Assembly (NCBI GenBank): GCA_964599625.1
Contig: CAZRGC010000001.1
Coordinates: forward strand, 115,019 to 179,018
Length of the DNA stretch: 64,000 bases
Direction of reading: 5' to 3'
Source of the DNA: an uncultured Gammaproteobacteria bacterium
Lineage (GTDB): Bacteria > Patescibacteriota > Microgenomatia > UBA8517
Below, one piece after another: positions 58,123 to 64,000 of the stretch. A model generated the notes under the pieces. It searched no databases. It saw only the letters and a list, made by a program, of their open reading frames with translations, and had not been told where the DNA came from. A program made the translations under genes and the position numbers. Position 1 is the stretch's first letter; every line of letters starts with the position of its first letter.

Positions 58123-58855
58123 AGCCAACATAACGGAAATTAAAGATTTTTATTCTGAGAATAAAGTTGTAAGGAGCTACAACAGTAGGAGGTTTACTGG
58201 TCTGGGGGGTGCTTATATCAACGAAAACGAAATTCAACCCAATATCGACTTTCTTCTTAGGTTCTTTAACAACCCATCAAAAACCAGAGTATTGGATATT
58301 GGCGCAGGCAGAGGCCGTTTGTCAGTACCTGTTAAAAAGGCTGGTTTTGAAGTTTATTGTTTAGATTCTAGTCCTGAAATGGTTAAAGTTTTAGAAAAAG
58401 AAATTCCTAAAAATAAAATATATATACAATCGGCATTCGACAGGATTAAAGGCTCAGCAAAGTTCGACTCTATAACCGGATTGAGGTTTTTTGATCATTT
58501 TGAAATTGGCGACCAGAAAAAAATTTTGGAAAATGTTAAGAACAGTCTTAAAAAGGATGGGGTGGTAGTCTTTTCTTGTCTAAGCAACCATGGTTTAGAA
58601 AGTTTTATTTCCCCATTTTTTTACTTTGGTAAAGTTAACTTTTATTATTCTGACGATAAATATAGAAAAATGTTTAACAAGTGCGGTTTCAAAGTAATTT
58701 CTAAAGATTCGAGATTTTTCTTGCCAAGAGGGTTGTTTTTGTATTCACAAAGAATGCCGATTGTAAGTAAATTTTTTATTTTTATTGACATTGTTTTACG
58801 TAAATTGTTTCCGTCAAGTTGCTCGTATTTAGTGTATCTGCTTCAATCAAAATGA
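58115..58855 (+). CDS. Class I SAM-dependent methyltransferase
   Basis: VLDIGAGRGRLS (motif I). Confidence 0.7.
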   Translation: MTKANITEIKDFYSENKVVRSYNSRRFTGLGGAYINENEIQPNIDFLLRFFNNPSKTRVLDIGAGRGRLSVPVKKAGFEVYCLDSSPEMVKVLEKEIPKNKIYIQSAFDRIKGSAKFDSITGLRFFDHFEIGDQKKILENVKNSLKKDGVVVFSCLSNHGLESFISPFFYFGKVNFYYSDDKYRKMFNKCGFKVISKDSRFFLPRGLFLYSQRMPIVSKFFIFIDIVLRKLFPSSCSYLVYLLQSK

Positions 58856-59916
58856 TTAGTGTTTTTTTGGGCACAAGACCGGAGATTGTGAAACTATCTC
58901 CGATCATAAGATTACTTATTAAGAAACAAAAAAAATTTGTAATTGTGCATACAAATCAGCATTTTTCCGCAAACATGGATAGTAGTTTTTTTGAAGCCTT
59001 GGAACTACCCCCCCCAAACTTTAATTTGAAAGTTGCAAAACGCAATAACGGAGAAATGCTTTCAGAAATAATAAGCAAAGCTGGGGAAGTTTTAAGTAAA
59101 GTGAAACCCAGTCTTGTGCTTGTACAGGGAGATACAAACAGTGTACTTGGTGGCACCCTCTCAGCTTTGAAATTGGGTATCCCGGTTGGTCATGTTGAGG
59201 CTGGCTTGCGGAGTTATGATGATTCAATGCCTGAAGAGTTGAATCGTAGGTTATGTGATCATGTGTCCGATTTTCTTTTTTGTCCAACCGATGTTCAGGA
59301 AAAAATATTACTCGGCGAAGGAATTTCCAAGAGTAGAATTTTTGTTACTGGTAACACCATAGTTGATGCTGTTTTGTCCAGCGCAAGTACTTCTATTGGG
59401 TCTGACCCCTCAGTGGCTGAGTATCTTTTGTTGACGTTGCATAGGCCTTCTAATGTCGACAACAGGGATGTTCTATCTGGGATATTAAAAGGTATCGAAG
59501 CTGTATCTAAAAAATTTAAAACCAAAGTCATCTTTCCTGTTCATCCAAGGACAAAAAAAATGCTTTCCAAATTCAATCTCACGCCTGACAAAAATATTTT
59601 CGAGTTGCTTGATCCTGTTGGGTATTTGAAAATGATTAATTACGAAAAGAACGCAAAACTCATCCTTACAGATTCTGGTGGAATTCAGGAAGAGGCCTGT
59701 ATTCTGAATGTTCCGTGTGTGACTATAAGGGAAAACACTGAACGTCCGGAAACAATAAAGGTGGGGTCTAACGCTCTTTCAGGTGTACAACCGGAAGCGA
59801 TACTCGACAAATCAGTAAAAATGATTAAAAAAAGAGGTGGCTGGGCAAATCCCTACGGTGACGGAAAGTCTGCGCAGAAAATCCTAAAGATTTTAGAAAA
59901 AAATAAGCTACTATGA
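58852..59916 (+). CDS. wecB: UDP-N-acetylglucosamine 2-epimerase (non-hydrolysing)
   Basis: LVLVQGDTNS, HVEAGLRS and MPEELNRR motifs. ATGA overlap upstream. It contains a C8 homopolymer tract. Confidence 0.85.
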   Translation: MISVFLGTRPEIVKLSPIIRLLIKKQKKFVIVHTNQHFSANMDSSFFEALELPPPNFNLKVAKRNNGEMLSEIISKAGEVLSKVKPSLVLVQGDTNSVLGGTLSALKLGIPVGHVEAGLRSYDDSMPEELNRRLCDHVSDFLFCPTDVQEKILLGEGISKSRIFVTGNTIVDAVLSSASTSIGSDPSVAEYLLLTLHRPSNVDNRDVLSGILKGIEAVSKKFKTKVIFPVHPRTKKMLSKFNLTPDKNIFELLDPVGYLKMINYEKNAKLILTDSGGIQEEACILNVPCVTIRENTERPETIKVGSNALSGVQPEAILDKSVKMIKKRGGWANPYGDGKSAQKILKILEKNKLL

Positions 59917-61082
59917 AAATTCTTTATATTGTTGATTATTATCAACCGGAGATTGGCTACGGTTCATACTATATTCCCAAGGAGTTGGCCAAAATAGGTC
60001 ACTCGGTTACCATACTTACATCCAATTTTTATTATCCTTTTCCAGACTATCAAGAAACGGCTGGTAAGATTCTTGGACAAAGAAGGGTGGCTGAGGGTGT
60101 GAATGTTAAAGAAGGTGTAAGAATTCTGAGAAGTAAACTATGGTTTGAAATATTTACCCGGGCTTTTTTTGGAGGGCATCTGACAGCATTGAAACTTTGT
60201 AAACCCGACCTCGTAATTGTTGATAAGACTGCCGGCTATAGCCAGGTTGTTATGTCGGTCCTCAAATACATATATGGATATCGCTTGGTTTCTGTTGATG
60301 CACATTTGCCGTCAGGATTTGTTGCAGAAGGAAATTTGGTTGCCAAAGAAGTATTTTATTGGATTTTCAGATTTTTGTTTTCGGGTCTTGTAAATAGGAA
60401 CGTTGATAAATTCATAGCAGTTCAAGAGAAAACCGTTCATATAATGAAAAAATACTATGGAGTAACCGGAAAAATTGTACATATCCCACTGGGAACTGAC
60501 ACCGAGACGTTTTCGTTTAATCGGAATCAACGTTTGAAGATAAGGAAAAAATATGGATTTAGTGAAAGTGAATTTGTTGTTATATACACGGGTAAAATAA
60601 TTAAGGAAAAAGGAGTCGACATTCTTTTTGAGGCCATGGAAATACTTATTAATAAATCCAGGAAGGTGAGACTTATGCTGGTGGGTGGTGGTTCAGATGA
60701 TTATCTTAAACTATGTTACTCAAGAATTGCAAACACCCACAGAAACAAAGTTGTTGAGGTTGGGTTTGTGAAGGCGGCTGACTTGTCAAAATACTATTCA
60801 GCTTCGGACTTGGCGGTCTGGCCGTTGCAGGAGTCAATGTCAATGAATGACGCCGCCTCCTGTGGCTTACCTTTCATAGCCAACAACACAATGGGAGCAA
60901 AGTTCAGGATAAAAAACAATAACGCATTACTATACGATAAAGGAAACTGTCGAGACCTTGCAAAAAAGATAGATTATTTGTATCAGCACAGAAAAATCGC
61001 AAAAGAAATGGGCGCACGTGGTAAGAGTTTGATGGACAGCGAACTTAGTTGGACACGTGTTGCCTCTGAATACATAAAATGA
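59913..61082 (+). CDS. GT4 (GT-B fold) glycosyltransferase
   Basis: GT-B layout with a C-terminal ...ESMSMNDAASCGLPFIAN motif region. Confidence 0.7.
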   Translation: MKILYIVDYYQPEIGYGSYYIPKELAKIGHSVTILTSNFYYPFPDYQETAGKILGQRRVAEGVNVKEGVRILRSKLWFEIFTRAFFGGHLTALKLCKPDLVIVDKTAGYSQVVMSVLKYIYGYRLVSVDAHLPSGFVAEGNLVAKEVFYWIFRFLFSGLVNRNVDKFIAVQEKTVHIMKKYYGVTGKIVHIPLGTDTETFSFNRNQRLKIRKKYGFSESEFVVIYTGKIIKEKGVDILFEAMEILINKSRKVRLMLVGGGSDDYLKLCYSRIANTHRNKVVEVGFVKAADLSKYYSASDLAVWPLQESMSMNDAASCGLPFIANNTMGAKFRIKNNNALLYDKGNCRDLAKKIDYLYQHRKIAKEMGARGKSLMDSELSWTRVASEYIK

Positions 61083-62221
61083 ATCTACTTGAAATAGCAA
61101 TATCGGACCTTTTGGATATTAGATTTGCCATCTACGACAACATCGTTCATATCAAAAAGGCTATCGCTTGGCTGAAAAAAGCTCAAGTGAGTACGGGAAC
61201 GGCAGGTGTTTCCGCCTGGTACAGGTTCGACAAGGGTTGGGGTGAGCCGTTCATCGAAACTACCGGATATATAATAACAACCATGTTGGAAAGCGGGGCT
61301 TTCTTAAGAAATGCAAAATATACGAAAGCTGCAAAATCCATGAGCGATTTTATCCTTGAAACACAACTCGAAGACGGAGGGTTCAAAACCTATATTTCGT
61401 CGGATTATCCTACAATATTTAATACGGCACAAGATTTGTCCGGACTGTGCGATATTTTTAGCGCAACAAAAGATTCCAGATACTACAAATCAGCAAAAAT
61501 GGCGGCAGATTTTTTGGTGAAAAACCAGAATAAAGACGGTTCGTGGTTAAAATATTCCTATGATGGAAAAGCTCATTCATACGACAGCAAAGTTTCCCAC
61601 GCTCTCTTAAAATACTATGCTTTGTCTGGAAAAAAAATCTATAAATTTTCTGCAGTAAAAGGTTTGAACAAGGTATTAAAGTTTCAGAATAAAAATGGAT
61701 GGTTTAGAAATGCAGAGCTGCCGAATTTTAAATTTCCACCAACTCATACAATTGCCTACGTTATTGAAGGGTTACTGGATTCAGGTCTTATGTTAAACAA
61801 TGTTAGGTATATAAAATCCGCCGAAAAAGCCGCCAAAATGTTGATGGATTACTTTCAGCAAAACAATTTTTTGCCGGGAACTTTTGATGAACGGTGGTTG
61901 TCAAAAGATAAATATTCTTGTTTAACGGGTGATGCTCAGATCTCTGCAGTATGGTTAAAGTTGTATGAATATACAGGAATCAAAAGGTATCTGGTGAACG
62001 CAAAAGTTATGAATATATATTTAAAGTCACTGCAAAACTGCGAAACTGATAATAAAAACATTTTGGGCGGGATCAAAGGTAGTCACCCAATTTACGGAGA
62101 CTTAATTAAAAATCAAGGATATTGCAGACTTTCATACGTAAACTGGGCAGCCAAGTATTTTATAGATGCGTTAATATTGGAAAATTTGGCGGAGAGCGGC
62201 AAAAAACAAAAATATGTATAA
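61079..62221 (+). CDS. Alpha/alpha-toroid protein with prenyltransferase/terpene-cyclase-type QW repeats
   Basis: Three QxxDGGW/QNKDGSW/QNKNGWF repeats spaced about 45-60 aa apart. Confidence 0.6.
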   Translation: MNLLEIAISDLLDIRFAIYDNIVHIKKAIAWLKKAQVSTGTAGVSAWYRFDKGWGEPFIETTGYIITTMLESGAFLRNAKYTKAAKSMSDFILETQLEDGGFKTYISSDYPTIFNTAQDLSGLCDIFSATKDSRYYKSAKMAADFLVKNQNKDGSWLKYSYDGKAHSYDSKVSHALLKYYALSGKKIYKFSAVKGLNKVLKFQNKNGWFRNAELPNFKFPPTHTIAYVIEGLLDSGLMLNNVRYIKSAEKAAKMLMDYFQQNNFLPGTFDERWLSKDKYSCLTGDAQISAVWLKLYEYTGIKRYLVNAKVMNIYLKSLQNCETDNKNILGGIKGSHPIYGDLIKNQGYCRLSYVNWAAKYFIDALILENLAESGKKQKYV

Positions 62222-63065
62222 ACAAATAGCATCACTGTTAGATGTTGTGGAACACCCTTTAAATAGGAAAGACAAAATAAAAACACTTTTCAGAATATTG
62301 TGGTGGAAATTCAATCAGTATTTTCTAAACATTCCGGCGGTGGTAGAGATTCAAGACAACGTCAAATGTATCTGTTATCCAGACAGTTCTTATAGCGGAC
62401 TTGTAGTATACAAAAAATTACCGGAATACTATGAAATGAAGTATATAGCCAATATCTTAGAAAATAACGACAGGTTTATAGATATAGGGGCTAACATTGG
62501 TGCAATAAGTCTGATTGCTGCTTCTAGGATTGGCAAAAAGGGTAGGGTTTATGCTTTTGAACCTGATATTAATGTGTTACCAAGACTTAGAGAAAATGTG
62601 TGTTTAAATGATTATAAGAATATAGAAATTTTCAACAAAGCGGTTTCAGACTCGGTTTCCAGAATCAAATTTGTTAATGAAGGATTATCTGAGGTTAGCC
62701 ATTTGGCCTACAGCGACAACGAAACCGTATCTGTGGATAGTGTGAAGTCTGTAACGCTTGATGATTTTGTTCTAACAAGAAAAATCAAAAAAATAAAAAT
62801 GTTAAAAGTAGATGTGGAGGGTGCCGAAATGAAAGTGCTGCTGGGAGCAAAAAAAGCTTTGTCTCGGACAAGTTATTTACTGATTGAAATGAACAAAAAT
62901 TCACTGAAGTATGGGTATACGTTTGATCAGGCATTGAATTTCATACGACGAAGCAGGTTTGACGTTTTTATGTTTTCCGATTCCGGAAAATTGGTGAAAA
63001 TTAGTAAATGTCCGGATTTTGATAAGTCCATAAATGTCTTGGCAATTAATTCGAGATTGAAATGA
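62214..63065 (+). CDS. FkbM-family methyltransferase
   Basis: FIDIGANIG...YAFEP and KVDVEGAE motifs. Confidence 0.75.
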   Translation: MYKQIASLLDVVEHPLNRKDKIKTLFRILWWKFNQYFLNIPAVVEIQDNVKCICYPDSSYSGLVVYKKLPEYYEMKYIANILENNDRFIDIGANIGAISLIAASRIGKKGRVYAFEPDINVLPRLRENVCLNDYKNIEIFNKAVSDSVSRIKFVNEGLSEVSHLAYSDNETVSVDSVKSVTLDDFVLTRKIKKIKMLKVDVEGAEMKVLLGAKKALSRTSYLLIEMNKNSLKYGYTFDQALNFIRRSRFDVFMFSDSGKLVKISKCPDFDKSINVLAINSRLK

Positions 63066-63778
63066 ATTATACACATCCCACTTATAGAATAATGAAAGGG
63101 TTTATAAATGACTATTTACATCATTCAAAAAAAATATCAATTTTAGATTACGGTTGTGGGAGTGGTTACCTCCTTGGTTTGTTACCTATAAAAGTAATCA
63201 AAAAATATGTCGGATACGAAACCTCTCAGGCAGCGTTGGATTCGGCTAAAATCAGATATGGAAAGAGAAGAAATACAAAATTTATCAAAGTCGACACCTC
63301 TAGGCCATTGTTTTTTGGAAATCGAAAGTTTGATGTTGTAATTGCAATAGGAGTGCTTCAATATATGACAGACAGACAGATTGATGAGTTTGTACGTAGG
63401 TCTTCAAAGGTGCTACGCAAGGGGGGTCTGTTGTTGATTAGTACTGTTTCCGACCATTCACTTTATAAAATTATTAATATTTATGGGATAGTGCTTCCAA
63501 ACCGCTTTATAAATAAAAACAAGATCAGTTCAGTTATCAAAAAAGCTGGGTTTGATTTAGATCTCTTACAAGAGAAGGGTATTTTTTTTGGACCACTTTT
63601 TTACCACAATTTGTCACTAATCTTCGATTTAATTGATAAGATATTTTTTAGAACAAAAGGCACGTTGGGTTTTTTTGGCAAAATTTCCAGGAAGTTTGCT
63701 TATTTTTTAGCCGAAGCTGAGTATGCGCTACCGTTGTCCGTAGGTTATACAATTTACATTAGGGCAATCAAAAAATGA
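63062..63778 (+). CDS. Class I SAM-dependent methyltransferase
   Basis: ILDYGCGSGY (motif I). Confidence 0.7.
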   Translation: MNYTHPTYRIMKGFINDYLHHSKKISILDYGCGSGYLLGLLPIKVIKKYVGYETSQAALDSAKIRYGKRRNTKFIKVDTSRPLFFGNRKFDVVIAIGVLQYMTDRQIDEFVRRSSKVLRKGGLLLISTVSDHSLYKIINIYGIVLPNRFINKNKISSVIKKAGFDLDLLQEKGIFFGPLFYHNLSLIFDLIDKIFFRTKGTLGFFGKISRKFAYFLAEAEYALPLSVGYTIYIRAIKK

Positions 63779-64000
63779 AGCAATTTCTGAACTCTTTTTC
63801 GATGTCGGTCACGGCTTTTTTTCTACTGGCTTTAACTCTGTCGTTGCTGGCTTACTTCACTCAGGGTAATAAATACATTTCTTTTTCAGACACTGCAAAG
63901 TTTGCTGATGTGGCTCGGGGTGTAGCTTTAGGCGACGGTTATCACACAAACTTTAAGTTTTACACTTGGTTATCACTCGATAACTTAAGAAATGAAATAT
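63775..64000 (+). CDS. Membrane protein, 5' partial (runs off the window); possible further GT-C
   Basis: The ATG at 63775 makes an ATGA overlap. The sequence MKQFLNSF...TAFFLLALTLSLLAYF forms a TM helix followed by a loop. No stop codon occurs before the window end. Confidence 0.45.
   Translation, partial: MKQFLNSFSMSVTAFFLLALTLSLLAYFTQGNKYISFSDTAKFADVARGVALGDGYHTNFKFYTWLSLDNLRNEI

Noticed and set aside
1-64000. Search for rRNA, tRNA, CRISPR repeats, transposases/IS elements, integrases and phage genes
   Set aside because: None was found. Intergenic gaps are nearly all shorter than 80 nt. No repeat-spacer periodicity, no tRNA-like GTTCGAATC arms and no transposase or integrase-like ORFs were seen.

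Overview
This window is a gene-dense, AT-rich (about 38% GC) glycan-biosynthesis island, probably from a CPR/Patescibacteria-like bacterium. About 61 coding regions are packed with almost no non-coding DNA. Many stop/start codons overlap (ATGA), and several convergent gene pairs overlap at their 3' ends. The content falls into three groups. First, nucleotide-sugar supply: galE, a galU-like nucleotidyltransferase, an rmlB (fused to an unknown C-terminal domain)-rmlC-rmlD cluster, GDP-fucose synthase and UDP-GlcNAc 2-epimerase. Second, five Dpm1-like GT2 polyprenol-phosphate-sugar synthases (one fused to GtrA, one followed by DUF2304), 13 further cytoplasmic GT2/GT4 transferases, a Wzx-like flippase, and five methyltransferases plus one FkbM-type. 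Third, a large expansion of membrane GT-C enzymes: 10 PMT/ArnT-like (GT39/83-like) paralogs with a conserved D-E loop motif, 2 PTPS-related (PF10131-like) paralogs, and 8 other polytopic membrane proteins. Embedded non-glycan genes are a VanZ-like gene, trmD, a DHH phosphoesterase (nrnA-like), an orphan DUF35 zinc-ribbon/OB-fold protein, a QW-repeat alpha/alpha-toroid protein, and two secreted proteins that are candidate glycosylation substrates (a CAP-domain protein with a Pro/Thr-rich linker and a Ser/Thr-rich protein). No rRNA, tRNA, CRISPR array, transposase or phage genes were seen. The most interesting hypothesis is an extracytoplasmic, lipid-linked-sugar glycosylation system built from many paralogous GT-C transferases. 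All family assignments come from motif recognition in the translated ORFs, and no database search was run. The ORF track uses TTG/GTG as possible starts, so several starts were moved to internal ATGs. In this output each convergent 3'-overlap size is quoted as the plus-strand gene's stop coordinate minus the minus-strand gene's stop coordinate, so the true overlap length in bp is that figure plus one.
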